Assembly: GCA_964016885.1 (NCBI GenBank)
Contig: OZ024761.1
Coordinates: 18,724,001 to 18,788,000, forward strand
DNA length: 64,000 nt
Reading direction: 5' to 3'
Origin: Eledone cirrhosa
Taxonomy: Eukaryota
Shown here in pieces: positions 41,308-53,834 of this stretch; the first letter of the stretch is position 1, and the number at the start of each line of letters is the position of its first letter. The position numbers and the translations under genes were made by a program. Under the pieces are notes generated by a model that saw only the letters and a list, made by a program, of their open reading frames with translations, had not been told where the DNA came from and did no database searches.

Positions 41308-41684
41308 CAGTCTACCCTAGGCATTCGCGGCCCCGCCATTCGTGGTCCTGGTTATTTGTGGAATATTCCTTAGAACCTAACTAATAATTGTTCGTAGAAA
41401 CCACCGCATATTCGCGGAATCGTAAATATCTTCTGTGATTTTTTAAATGGCTTTTTTCGTGGCATTATATATCTTTTTAACGCTAAATTATTAATAACAA
41501 TATACCGTATCTGTCGGCCTATTGGACGCCCCTTCGCATAAGACGGTCCTTTTTTAAAAGAATATATTTTACGTTATATTTGGACCTTTATAGACATTTT
41601 TATGAACCACGTCCAATATTCGCGGTTTTTCGCTCTTCCCGGGGCTCTAGGAACGTAACCCCTGCGAACACCGGGGGTCAACTG
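41308..41684. mobile_element. pogo/Tigger-like MITE (second copy ~25760-26254)
   Basis: TA-cagtctaccct...gggggtcaactg-TA ends; internal sequence shared between copies. Confidence 0.65.
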
Positions 41685-41870
41685 TATTTGACACTTCTTG
41701 TATTAACTACTCTAAGAAAAAACAAAACTAAAAACTAAGCCTGCATTATCCACCGCACAGACCACCACACACTTTACTCTGTTTAATTTCGTTCTCGGAA
41801 GAGGGGGCGGGTAGAGTTTAGGGGAGACAACTTTTGTCGTTCTAGTCACAATATAATTTACAAAATATTA

Positions 41871-42074
41871 CGAGGGCCGGCTGAAAAGTTCATAGGTTGA
41901 CTAAGAAACAGTGATGCTAAAGCTGTGAAATCTTGCAGGCATTAATTTCAAAACTTATTATTATTATTATTAACTGCATTGTCTCTTTCCAGTGACGATG
42001 TTGAAAAATAAACCGCATTTGGTCATTTCATGAGAGTATCTCGGTCAGCCTGTGAACTTTTCAGCCGACCCTCA
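41871..42074. mobile_element. mariner-like MITE (copies at 21345-21548 and fragments at 45550-45950)
   Basis: TA-cgagggccggctgaaaagttcatagg...cctgtgaacttttcagccgaccctca-TA. Confidence 0.75.
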
Positions 42075-44244
42075 TATTTACAAGTCAGCAAAGGAGCCTA
42101 TATTACGTAGTCACCTGGCTTGCTAGAAATAGCAACCTAATTACACCCTACTGTCCAAAGGTATAAAGAAGGTTTTCTTTTTACGGCTTGGGTCTTGTTA
42201 TCAGCAGGAACAACATTCCTTTCAACACCGGTTCCCATCGACGCCCACACATTCACTCTTTCACGCTTGTTAAGTTATTTTTCACTTATTCTCTGACCAA
42301 ATGTTGCCTAATGTCAGGTCCCAACCACCGAAATATCTACAGCTATTGTAAGTACATTAAATAATCTATCTTTTAATGACCGTTGAGATGAAAATGGGAA
42401 ATATCTCGTACGTATCACCGGATGCATTTCGCATGCTACGTTTATACTTACAAACATGCAGAGCCTCTTCCAATATACAGTGGTGGCCATATCTGGACCC
42501 GAAACCAATGGTCGCAGATGCATGCTAAGTGTATGAAACTATTTATACTGTATATATATATGTAGACAGAGGGTGCAGTGCAGTGCACCCTACTGCTGCA
42601 TTAAGTGTGGCCGAAACTCGAGTCCGGAAACTACTATAGGCACCCGTTTTACGTGTGTTGTATTGAAGCGAATAACTATGTGTATACTCTGGGAATGTAT
42701 CCTACATTACCTATTGAGTACGCTGAGATACAACCGGTCCTGGCATTGATAAATATGCTGGGTCCGTCAACTCCTTATTATACTGTATATATATATATGT
42801 ATATGTATGTGTGTGGAGAGAGAGATAAACTCTAACACGAATGTGTATATACGCTATAAATCTGGTCAATCGGTCATTTATACTATATAAAACGTATCCT
42901 CGGCTGTTTAGCCCCCAGGTCAATCACAATCAACCAATCCTATGATCAAAAGCCATTCCAGCTATGGTCATCCCCTCTTTTATTCACTATCTATTGTGGT
43001 GTGTCCTCTGTTGTTATCGTTTAGCCCCAGGCCGGCCATGACCAACCATTCCTATATATAGGAGGATGGGAAAAAAACTTACTCCAACACTTAATTTTAA
43101 ATCTTTAATTTTTAGTTTTTAATTCTTAGTAATTGTAATACTCAACATTTGATGAGATGAATTTTAATAATTGTTTCTACTTTTGGCACAAGGCCAGCAA
43201 TTACCCAGTGCATTACTGGTACTTTATTTTATTGACCCCGTAAGGATGAAAGGTAAAGTTAACCTCGGCTGGATTTGAACTCAGAATGGCAAGGACCGTA
43301 ACTCTATGCGTCAAAGCATGGCGTCCGACTCTCTACCGATACTGCCAATCCACAATTTTAATAATACATCAAAACCGGTTATATTTTATATACATTATAA
43401 AACTCCTTTTTAAAAGAATATCCCTCTCATTTTTTCAATAATGTCACTTTGACGAATCAAAGAAAGGAAAAAAACCAGACCCTAAAATATATTTTCCGTG
43501 CTATTTCTAACTTCACCGTTTCTCTATATCCACTGTTTTGTATAGAACCTTACTTCCCATGTTTATCCCAGTTTCAATTGGGGGAAACTACAGGTATTCA
43601 ATACAGGAAAGGGCTTTCCTGATGATTTCTCCCGTATGAAACAGTCAAGCACACACGCATATATATATAATTTTTTTTAAAAGAATTTCATTACCACATT
43701 TCTTATGAAATAAACAAAACTTTGGAAAGACAAACAGTAAATTAATTTTTTTCCTTCATTGCAGGAAACCTTTGCAACAAGTATTCTATTACTGAAGAGG
43801 ACACAACATATGAGAACAACACCATACAATAATGGTATATGAGTTTAACGCTTAATAGAGTTGGAAAAAACTCTTAACGCTTCGGATGCTGGTCCTTCGT
43901 GAGAAGGATATATATATATATATATATATATATAAATGGAAAGTCTGTGACACTTGCTATTATAATGCTGGAGATAGACTGCAGATGTGGAATACTTTTT
44001 GACTGCTTAAACCGGCTTACCTTCACAGCGTTACAACTTAGCTTTCACGGATAAACATCCTAATTTTATCTACATATATATATTGTATATATACACACAT
44101 ACATATATATATTGTATATATACACACACACATATATATCTATTATATATATATGCACACACACACATATATATATTATATAAGAACTGTAAACTGTCAT
44201 AAAGATTTATTTATATTTGACCAAAAGCTATATTTTGTACAATC

Positions 44245-45312
44245 ATGGCATGTTTTGAGTTAGCTATCCCACAATGTATACATACAGACGAGAAAAACCC
44301 TGACTGTGAGGTTTGCAATAAATCTTTCTCTCGAGATAATAAGTTAATGAAGGAAAAGAAAGCCAGAGTTAAAAAACAACCTCAGTGTGATATTTGTGGA
44401 AGGACTTTCTCTCAGAACACCAACTTGGTCCACCATAAAAGGATTCACACCAATGAGAGACCATTCCACTGTGATATATGTGGCAAGAAATTTTCTGTGA
44501 GCAGCGGCTTGTATCGTCACAAACGAATACATTCAGGTGAGAAACCGTACCAGTGTGAGTTCTGCGGTGAGTCTTTCAAAATGAGCAATCACTTAGCAAG
44601 CCACGAACGAATTCATACCGGGGAAAGACCTTACCATTGTGAAATATGCGACAAAAGTTTCTCGCAGAATAGTCACTTGTCTACGCACAGACGAGTCCAC
44701 ACCGGAGAGAAACCATATGCTTGCGAAATCTGTGATAAAGCCTTCTCTCGCAATAGCACACTGGTCGATCACAAACGTATTCATACGGGTGAAAAACCGT
44801 ACAGCTGTGAAGTTTGCGGTAAAGCCTTTTCAGTGAACAGCCATTTGTATCGACACAAATGGGTTCACACTGGAAAGAAGCCCTACCATTGTGAGACGTG
44901 CGGTAAAACTTTCTCGCGTAACACCACTTTATTTCAACATAGACGAATCCACACTGGAGAAAAGCCTTACAGCTGTGAGATCTGTGGTAAGAAGTTTTCC
45001 GTTCGCAATCATCTGGCTAGTCATGTCCGCGTCCACACTGGAGAACGGCCGTACAGCTGTGAAATTTGTGGCAAAAGCTTCGCTGTCAACAGCCATTTGT
45101 TGAACCATATAAGAATACACACAGGAGAGAAACCGTATCATTGTGAACTTTGTGGCAAAAATTTCTCTGTAAAATGTCACCTATCAAGTCACATGCGCAT
45201 TCATACCAGAGAGAAACCATACCACTGTGAAATTTGTGGCAAAATGTTTTCCAGAAATAATAACTTATCTAGACATATACGAATACATACAAGAGAAAAT
45301 ACAAAAACTTGA
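44245..45312 (+). CDS. C2H2 (Kruppel-type) zinc-finger protein, 355 aa, 11 complete fingers plus 1 degenerate N-terminal finger
   Basis: Intact ORF of CxxC-x12-HxxxH repeats with TGEKP/TGERP linkers. No KRAB/BTB domain visible. Candidate 5'UTR acceptor ttcattgcag at 43764. Confidence 0.92.
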   Translation: MACFELAIPQCIHTDEKNPDCEVCNKSFSRDNKLMKEKKARVKKQPQCDICGRTFSQNTNLVHHKRIHTNERPFHCDICGKKFSVSSGLYRHKRIHSGEKPYQCEFCGESFKMSNHLASHERIHTGERPYHCEICDKSFSQNSHLSTHRRVHTGEKPYACEICDKAFSRNSTLVDHKRIHTGEKPYSCEVCGKAFSVNSHLYRHKWVHTGKKPYHCETCGKTFSRNTTLFQHRRIHTGEKPYSCEICGKKFSVRNHLASHVRVHTGERPYSCEICGKSFAVNSHLLNHIRIHTGEKPYHCELCGKNFSVKCHLSSHMRIHTREKPYHCEICGKMFSRNNNLSRHIRIHTRENTKT

Positions 45313-46690
45313 TTTACTATGGAAGTTAACTATGGATATTAACTATTTGTATATCACATGGGTACCACTCCATGCATCAGAAACCCCAATCACATTTTTC
45401 ATTTTCTATTATGTCAACAAATTCCTCCCTGCATTGGAATTCACTTCAATCATTTCTAGTGGGAGAACTAAAAAGCCTCTATATGTTTACTCAACCTGCT
45501 CTTTCTAGCAGAGCAAGTATCCACGTAGTGGCTGTTACAAGGATCAGCTGTGAAGTTCATAGACTGACCAAGATACTCTCATGGAATGACCAAATGAAGT
45601 TTATTTTTCAACATAGTCCCTGGAAAGACACAATGCAGTTATTAATAAGAAAAGTTGAAATTTATGCTTGCAAGATTTCACAGCTCTAGCCACTTCTTCA
45701 TTTGTTGAAAAGGTAGGAAACAATGCAGTTATAAATAAGATTTGAAATTTAATGCATGCAAGATTTCACTGCTCTAGCATAACTCCGTCATATGTTGAAA
45801 AGTTCATAGGCTTACCAAGATATAGACTGAAAAGTTCATAGGCTGACCAAATGAGGTTTATTTTTTAACATAGTCCCTGGAAAGAAACAATGCAGTTATC
45901 AAAAAGAAGAGTTGAAATTAATGCATGCAAGATTTCACAGCTCTAGCATTGATTCATTACTAAAACAATAAAGTTTTATTTTATCTTCTGTGTTGTTATT
46001 ATATTTTACATTTAATCAATGTAATTTATTCTATCATATTCTGCCGTATCATCATCATCGTTTATACGTTCGCTTTTCCATCCTAGTATGGGTGGAATTG
46101 GATTGGATGTTTTGAGACATTTTTGTACAACCAGATGCCCTTCCTGACACCAACCTTTTCTGTCGCCTCTTACGACCTACAATGATACTGAGTACCTGTT
46201 CTAAAAACTGGAATACATAGCGTACATATATAATCATCATCATTTTATGTCTGCCTTTCCCTGCTTGCAAGGGTGGGACGGGTCCTATTCAGAACAGCAT
46301 CTCTCCACTTGTCACAGTCCTTCGTCATCTCCTCTGTGAGCTTCAGCGATCTGTTGTCTGCTCTCACTATCTCTGCCCATATTTTTTGTGGTCTTCCCTA
46401 CTGCGTCTTCCTTCTACTGGGATATATATATATATATATTTAAAAGTTAAACAAGGTTCAATGAATACATCAAAGAATGAGTTTTACAATAGATTGGAAG
46501 CACTCAACAGAAATGGTTTTCCAGAGTTATTAATATTAATTCAAAATATTAACAAAATAGATATTCTTGTGATCAAGTATATTTTATTATACATATTTCA
46601 GAGGTACTGAGTTAAGTTCAACAGTACGTCCTCATCAGATAAAATAAGATGATGCATGGCATATATGGCAGGGTATGTCATGCATCATCT

Positions 46691-46757
46691 TATTTTATCT
46701 GATGAGGACGTACTGTTGAACTTAACTCAGTACCTCTGAAATATGTATAATAAAATA
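46691..46757 (+). ncRNA. Minimal type I hammerhead ribozyme (identical inverted partner 46580-46646)
   Basis: tattttat-CTGATGA-gga..gtactg..cagtac..tct-GAAA-t(atgt)a-TA-ataaaata; 8-bp stem I; within a 46538-46799 palindrome. Confidence 0.72.
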
Positions 46758-47970
46758 TACTTGATCACAAGAATATCTATTTTGTTAATATTTTGAATTT
46801 TATATATATATATAGGAGGCACAATCGAAAGGTTGTGAGTTCAATTCTCAGACCGGGTGATGTGTTGTTTCCTTGAGCAAGACATTTTATTTCACATTGC
46901 TCCAGTTTACTCAGCTGTAGAAATGAGATGATAGGGACTGGGGTCCCTAGCATTCCACTGCAAAGTGGACGTGGAGGTGCCACGGCAAAAAAAGCACCCA
47001 GCACTCACTGTAAATGAGGTTGGTGTTAGGAAGGGCATCCAGCTGTAGAAATCAAGCCAGAATCAGTTCCCATCCCACCCTTGCAAGCAGGGAAAAGCGG
47101 ACGTAAAATGAAATGAATGATGATATATATAATAAGAACAAAGTGGTGTTACATATAAGATTTATTGCTCAATCCTGGTTACAAATGTTTCTCAACCAGC
47201 CGGCTCATGATCTGGGTTGGCATTCCAGAACAGTGTTAACAACAAAAATCACATCAAATCTGTTGACGAACCAGCCAGACACAAACAAGGCATAGGTCGA
47301 CAGATAGGCATGTAAGTAGGTAAAGTGATACATTAGTAGTGATACATAAGTAGGTAGGTAGGGCAATTTATCCACTAGATAGTATCTTTAACCCTAACCC
47401 CTCCAACCCTTGCTAGCACAGAAAGCAGACATTAAACGACGATGATGTAGATAGACAGCCAAACAGATAGGGCAGTTACTGTAAATATATCTAATATATA
47501 GAACATTAATACATATATATTCAGACCGGGTGATGTGTTGTTTCCTTGAGCAAGACACTTTATTTCACATTGCTCCAGTTTACTCAGCTGTAGAAATGAG
47601 ATGATAGGGATACCAGTCTCTATCATTCCACTACAAAGTGGTCGTGGAGGTGCCACGGCAAAAAAGCACCCAGCACTCACTGTAAATGAGGTTGGTGTTA
47701 GGAAGGGCATCCAGCTGTAGAAATCAAGCCAGAATCAGTTCCCGTCCCACCCTTGCAAGCAGGGAAAAGCGGACGTAAAATGAAATGATGAATGATGATA
47801 TACTCTTTTACCTGTTTCAGCCATCCGGCTGAGGCCATGCTGGGGCACCGATATATATATATACCTTTATTACATGTAGAAATGACTTCTACAGGACTAG
47901 AACTGTTTCATTTGTATGAAATCATCAGGAAAGCCCTGATGATTTCATATGGAAAACATTCCTGTACGAG

Positions 47971-48020
<50 letters not shown>

Positions 48021-48175
48021 ATAAAGATGCCTATATTCTATCAATGTATTGAGTCCCTTTTTTAAATGTGGTTATCCTCCAAAACTCTGGAATAAATACA
48101 CACACACATGTTGCTGTTGATGGATCTTTGATGTTTATGATGAGTGTTCCAGTTGTTTGATCAATGGATCAGACT

Positions 48176-48349
48176 CAGTGCTGGATTTAAGACAAAAGAG
48201 ACCATGTACTAGTTAAGTTATGAGGCCCCTTACTTGGGCTTTGAAGGAAGTAATTCATTGTAAAAGATTTTTTTGACAGGAAGATGCTCCCAGGACAACG
48301 AGGGCCCTGTGCTTAAGCACACCTAAGCATAATGATAAATCCGGCACTG
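48176..48349. mobile_element. hAT-type MITE
   Basis: TIR cagtgctggattta / taaatccggcactg; partial TSD atcagact / atcagcgt. Confidence 0.65.
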
Positions 48350-49299
48350 ATCAGCGTGCAAGTGATTGGACATCCCACAGACACGTGCAGCAGGGAGATT
48401 GAATGGGACATGGTGGGTAACGAGGTTGCCTCTTTGAATAGAGATATAAATCATTTTTGCCATTTTGCCAACCAAAATAAAGTATCATGACCAAGAACCG
48501 AATGTGCTGCTGGGAATTGAATTTGCAACTGATTGGTTGTGAACCGATACTCCTAACCACATAGCCACACACACATGTATTTATATACATGTGTGTTTGT
48601 ATATTTAAATACAGTGCTATGTATATATATATGCAAAAAGTAAACAAATAACAAAGCAAACAACACAGTACAATGAAGAAATAACAAATTTATTGTAAAA
48701 AAATTCAAGTGTCTTTTGTGGTTATGAAAACGGAAAAGGAAGGGAATAGCAAGGGCTCCAGAATCACAGAGGTATGACGAGGGGGAGGTTGATGGGTTCT
48801 AGGCCTAGGGCACAGTGGTATTGGGGCTGTGCCCCCTGGACAAGATCGCAAAAGCATTCATTAGTTTTACGTTTGATGCAGTAGGAAAATAGTCTTAACG
48901 TTTCGGACGCTAGTCCTTCATCAAAAAATAGAATGAGAAATTAAAGAAGAAATAGTAAAATAGAGGAAAGTGAGCAGGGAAAGAAACGGAAAAGTTTCTT
49001 GGAAAAAAGCAGGTCTGTTCAAGCCGGCCATTTCTTGAAAACTGTTGAAAGGAGCATTTAGTTCAGTTGGCTGCCTTTATATATATATATTTATATGTTT
49101 GTGTGTAACTATGTTTATTAGTGGTTTGACAAATTTTGATAAAATAAGTAGTGGGGTTGATATGATCGAATAGAAAGAAAAAAACAAAAACCCTCTTCAA
49201 TGTGGTGCCCCAGTATGGTCACAGTCTAATACCAGAAACGACTAGGAGAATATGAGAATAACTTAACAGAATCAAAGTTTCCCTAAAGATTAGTTTAGT

Positions 49300-49566
49300 C
49301 TGTACTTCCGGTCGGCCATAACACGTGTTTTGTTGTTGTTTTTTTTTCAAACGATGTTAAAGACTTATTCGATTTTTCATTGAAATTAGTTTGTTTTGTA
49401 TTTTTTTCTTAATAAACCCTCAAACAACAGACGTTCGGCCGAACATTCTAGTATAATGACATGTTATATCTTAGAAAACAATGACAACAACTCATGTCAT
49501 GGCCTTTGACAGGCGGTGCTAAACTACCAGTATGAAAACAAGCAACACGATATATTAAATACAAAG
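49300..49566 (+). promoter_or_regulatory. Probable promoter and non-coding first exon of the second ZNF gene
   Basis: ETS-type ACTTCCGG at 49304-49311 followed by GCCAT. Strong donor AAG|GTAAGT at 49566/49567 and a matching acceptor ttctgtttcag at 50951. Confidence 0.45.
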
Positions 49567-49818
49567 GTAAGTTTTAGTTCATATTATATTATATTATATC
49601 AGAGATTATATTATATTATATCAGAGTAATAACACACTGTCAATGTAGCGAAGAAACCAAAATGTTGCTATTAAGCAGTCCCATTTTTATCTTCGAAGTA
49701 CTATTGACCCTAGGTTGGTGTCGTTAAGGAACATTTTTGTTTAGTTAGTTTTCGTTTTTCAGTGACCAACTTTGCTATTATATATATTTATATTTGATAT
49801 GTTTTGATAACTTGAATT

Positions 49819-49864
<46 letters not shown>

Positions 49865-50134
49865 CATAAAGTACAAGTCAACAGGTTATATAATTAACTT
49901 CGTTTATTCAGATGACCCTGTGATAAACAGGCGAAACTCCAGAGTAGCAAGACCCACTGTTTAGCCTTGATAAAATTAATATTAAAACTCTACTTCAGTA
50001 TTGAGTACTCTTTTCTCTCAGTCGTCAGCTACATACGGATATATATATATATATATTTCATTTTTTTGTTTGTTTTACATAAATAACATATAATTCAATT
50101 TATATATTTCATTTTTGTATTCGTTTTTGGAGCA

Positions 50135-50460
50135 ACGTTACTCAATAGAGTGCGTAGCTCGGGGATCAGGGAGTTGTTCAATGTAGAGCGCTACTTCTCC
50201 GAACTGAGAGATCACAGCCCCGATACTATGGACATGTGGTTAGAATGTTTCAGGAAAGAATCGCTGGACAGATTTTTACGGGAGAAACGAACCGGTAGGG
50301 GACCCAGGGGTAGACCCAGAACAAGATGGTTGGATAACATCCATGAGCTTGGCTGGTCTCGCTTGGGGATCCAGTCGGATCAATTGGAGACGGTTGCTTC
50401 TGACGGGACCTTCAGGAAGGTGTGTCTAAGGGCACTGACCCCACGATCCGGCGAAGAAGA
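50135..50460 (+). mobile_element. RTE-like LINE 3' fragment (further copies at ~36330-36620, 38787-38872, 58495-58815)
   Basis: GRGPRGRPRTRWLDNI motif; shared nucleotide sequence among copies. Confidence 0.65.
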
Positions 50461-51216
50461 AGAGATGTGTGTGTGTGTGTGGAGAGAGAGGGAAAGATTC
50501 TTTTTACATTGCGTTTAATAACGCAGAAACGCCGAATATAGTTTTGAAAATAAATAAAAAAAGCGTTAACAGAGAAAAATGACAGTTAAACACTAGCCTC
50601 CCTTTTTTAACTTGGCATTTTTTATTAACATATATCTAATAAAAGACACATATTTTCAAATAAAATAACAAAGAGTTTGGAGGGATTTAGTGATATAACT
50701 AACGTTCTCATTATCAAGCCAGTGTTGTTTGGAACATAACTTAAGAAAGGCTCTTATATTAAATTATGAAGGAAGGCTTTTAGATAAATATAAACGGTTT
50801 TGGATCATAGGACCAGTGGTGGTTTCAGGTAGTTTGATGTGAAAAGGATTAAAAGCAAAAAGATGAAAAACAAAAAGGGTATCCAGAGTTTTCTCCCCAA
50901 TTCCTGATGACAGTGAAAATGGTTATCGATTAATATTTTCTTCTGTTTCAGGTAAATCTCTGGAATGGGCCTCCGTCGATTCCAATGATGTGTATTTCAA
51001 TGAACCCTTCACACATACACATTTACACACACACATATATGAATGTATAGTAGAATAATGCTACATTAAAAACTGAAGGTACCGTTTAAAATAAGGTACT
51101 CAATACGTCACGTAGAGGGAGAAGAACTATACTCCATTATATTTCATTGAGAGGTGATTTGTTACAGGACTAGTCCTGTATCATTTGGTGATGAAGTCAT
51201 CAGAAATCTTTACAAA

Positions 51217-52353
51217 ATGAAAAAAAAACCTCAAAGCAGATTTGGTGAACAGAGGAGAAAAAATAGGAAGAAATCATGTTTCTGTGAAATATGCGGTCAA
51301 GCATTTTCTGGAAACAGTGAGTTAATTATACATAACCGTACTCATACGGGGGAGAAACCATATAAGTGTGAAGTCTGTGATAAATCATTCTCTGTGGCAC
51401 GATATTTAACTGACCACAAATGGATACATGTTGAAAATAAGCCGTACCAGTGTAGGTACTGTGATAAAACATTCTCAAAAAAAAGCCGGTTGGATTTACA
51501 CGAGAGAATTCACACGAGAGAGAAACCCTTTCGGTGTGATGTTTGTGGTGAAGCTTTCCCTCGTAACAGTCTGCTGTCCATTCATAAATGGTCTCATACG
51601 GGGGAGAGTCCATACACTTGTGAAATCTGCGGCCGGGCTTTTTCACAAAATAGCTACTTATCCCAGCACTTACTGACTCACATTGAGTCGAAGCCTTACG
51701 TCTGTGAAATCTGTGGCAAGACATTTTCTCTGAAGAAAAATTTAACCTACCACATGGTGACCCATTTAGAAAAAAACTATCACTGCGACATCTGCAGCAA
51801 ATCGTTTTACTGTAAGAATCATCTCTCCAAGCATGAAATCTCTCATACAGGTGAGAAGCTATACAGGTGTAATTACTGCGATGAAACCTTCTGTCAGAGA
51901 AGCCTGTTACATCGACATAGACTTGCTCACCCGGAAGCGAGGCCATCATGTGCTGTTTGTGGGAGGAAGTTTTCCAATAACAGAAACTTGACAGTACACT
52001 TGCGAATTCACACTGGAGAGAGGCCATATCTCTGCAAAATTTGTGGCAAGTCGTTCGCTGCAAACAGCAATCTAACACGGCATGTCCAGATACATACCGG
52101 AGAGAAACCATACCATTGTGATATTTGCGGTAAGTCGTTTTCTCAGAACAATTTAAAGCGACATAACTTTGTCCATACAGGTGAACGGCGGTTCCAGTGT
52201 GAGATTTGTGGCAGAGCGTTCACTTTTAAGACAGATTTACACAAACATATACGCACACATACAGGAGAGAAACCATACTGCTGTGAGATATGTGGGAAAT
52301 CCTACTCCTACACTTCAAGTTTAAATGCCCATAGATTAACACATATTGTATAA
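51217..52353 (+). CDS. C2H2 zinc-finger protein, ~378 aa, 13 fingers
   Basis: First ATG of the ORF is at 51217 (aaaATGa), followed by a basic NLS-like N-terminus (KKKP..RRKNRKK) and 13 C2H2 fingers with TGEKP-type linkers. Finger 11 is one residue short. Confidence 0.92.
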   Translation: MKKKPQSRFGEQRRKNRKKSCFCEICGQAFSGNSELIIHNRTHTGEKPYKCEVCDKSFSVARYLTDHKWIHVENKPYQCRYCDKTFSKKSRLDLHERIHTREKPFRCDVCGEAFPRNSLLSIHKWSHTGESPYTCEICGRAFSQNSYLSQHLLTHIESKPYVCEICGKTFSLKKNLTYHMVTHLEKNYHCDICSKSFYCKNHLSKHEISHTGEKLYRCNYCDETFCQRSLLHRHRLAHPEARPSCAVCGRKFSNNRNLTVHLRIHTGERPYLCKICGKSFAANSNLTRHVQIHTGEKPYHCDICGKSFSQNNLKRHNFVHTGERRFQCEICGRAFTFKTDLHKHIRTHTGEKPYCCEICGKSYSYTSSLNAHRLTHIV

Positions 52354-52719
52354 AAGAAGAAATAATGATTATCTTTGACAAGATATGTTGTTGTCTACCA
52401 TATTCTCAGACAAAGCTCATTCCTCTATCTAGCTGGTTTGCAACAACAGATTTCCATTTTTACAGTTGAATAATTGTAAATAAGATGTTAATTCAACATA
52501 GAAAACCAACAAACACCCAGTTCTAATACAAATGTTTACATTTGTAGAACTATTCAACCCATGTCTAACAAATATATATTGAGAACAAAATGAGATGATG
52601 AATGTAAATATGAATATTCTGTTACAATAAAATTGTATTACTTTGCCATCTTTAACCCTTTTGTTAATAGATTTCTAATGAAAGACACTGCCTATGGATT
52701 TCAAATAATTTTGAAACTT

Positions 52720-53000
52720 AGTTGCTTCGGCTACAAACCCAGTACTGCGGCCTGCAGTGCAGAAGAAAGGAATATAAACAAATACCGAGGATTGTCCTGC
52801 TGCTTCCTCTTCGCACCAGCGGCCATTGAGACCTCGGGCATATTTGGACCCTGTCCAGCCGAGCTCCTCTGCAAGATGGGAACGTCAGCAGCCTGTCTGA
52901 GGACGGAGCCCCGTGACTGTTGCAGCGGGTGTCGCTAGCCATTGTCCACAGGATTGCTTTTGCAGTCCCAATACCACTGCGCCCTAGGCTTAGAGTCCAT
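52720..53000 (+). mobile_element. C-terminal restriction-like endonuclease fragment of a CRE/NeSL-type non-LTR retrotransposon
   Basis: GC-rich island translating to AA.AEERNINKYRGL..F.PAAIETSGIFGP...LLQRVSLAI. Confidence 0.55.
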
Positions 53001-53490
53001 CACCATCCCCACTTTTCTGTGACCCTAGAGCCCTTGACTTTCCTTTCCTTTTTCATAACCAGAAAAGACACTTGAATTTTCTATTTTGAAAATATTCAAG
53101 AATTTGGCGGGATTTAGTAATATAACTTAGAGGTTCTTACATAAAATTATGATGGAAGGTTTTTTTAGATAAACTTTAAGCTTTTCATTACCATATTTTT
53201 TTTAGATAAATATAAACACTTTAACACTTTCATTACTGTATTTCTAATGAATGACATTGTCAGTGGTTTTCAATTAATTTAAGAAATAAGAATTTGGAGA
53301 GATTTAGTAATATAACTTTCGCATTATCAAGTTGATGTTTGGAACATAATTATGATGGGAATTTTAAAATAAATACAAATAACTTCGTATGATAGAACCC
53401 TGGGGTGGTTTTGATATCAAAAGAGTTAAATTTGTTTTTAATCTTTGTAATAGAAACAACGAATGTTAAAACAATTGCGATTGTGTACAG

Positions 53491-53834
53491 CAGGAGTTCT
53501 CAAAGTATGGGGGGGGGGGCGTTGAGAAGGTCCAGGGGGCGGTAGAGACGATATTATAGTATATTAAATATCAAATGAGACATATTATATATAAATATAG
53601 TAAAATATATATTTATTTATACATAGTCTAATCCATGCTAGCGTGGAAGATGGACGTTTAACGATGATGATGATGATGATATATATTATATTATTTATTA
53701 TATATAAATTAATGATTTTATTTTTTGTATATTTACAATTTGCGTGTAGGCAGGTCTCTCTTGAAATAGTGTTGGGGGTGCTGAGGGAATTACCTGGTGG
53801 TGTGCGGGTGGCCCAGAAAGTTTGAGAACCTCTG
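53491..53834. mobile_element. hAT (Charlie-like) MITE
   Basis: TIR caggagttctcaaa / tttgagaacctctg; TSD not preserved. Confidence 0.5.

Noticed and set aside
47388-47400. Telomere-like taaccctaaccc
   Set aside because: Only two units; expected by chance.
51326-52111. 261-aa minus-strand ORF
   Set aside because: Antisense shadow of the zinc-finger CDS; no recognisable motifs.
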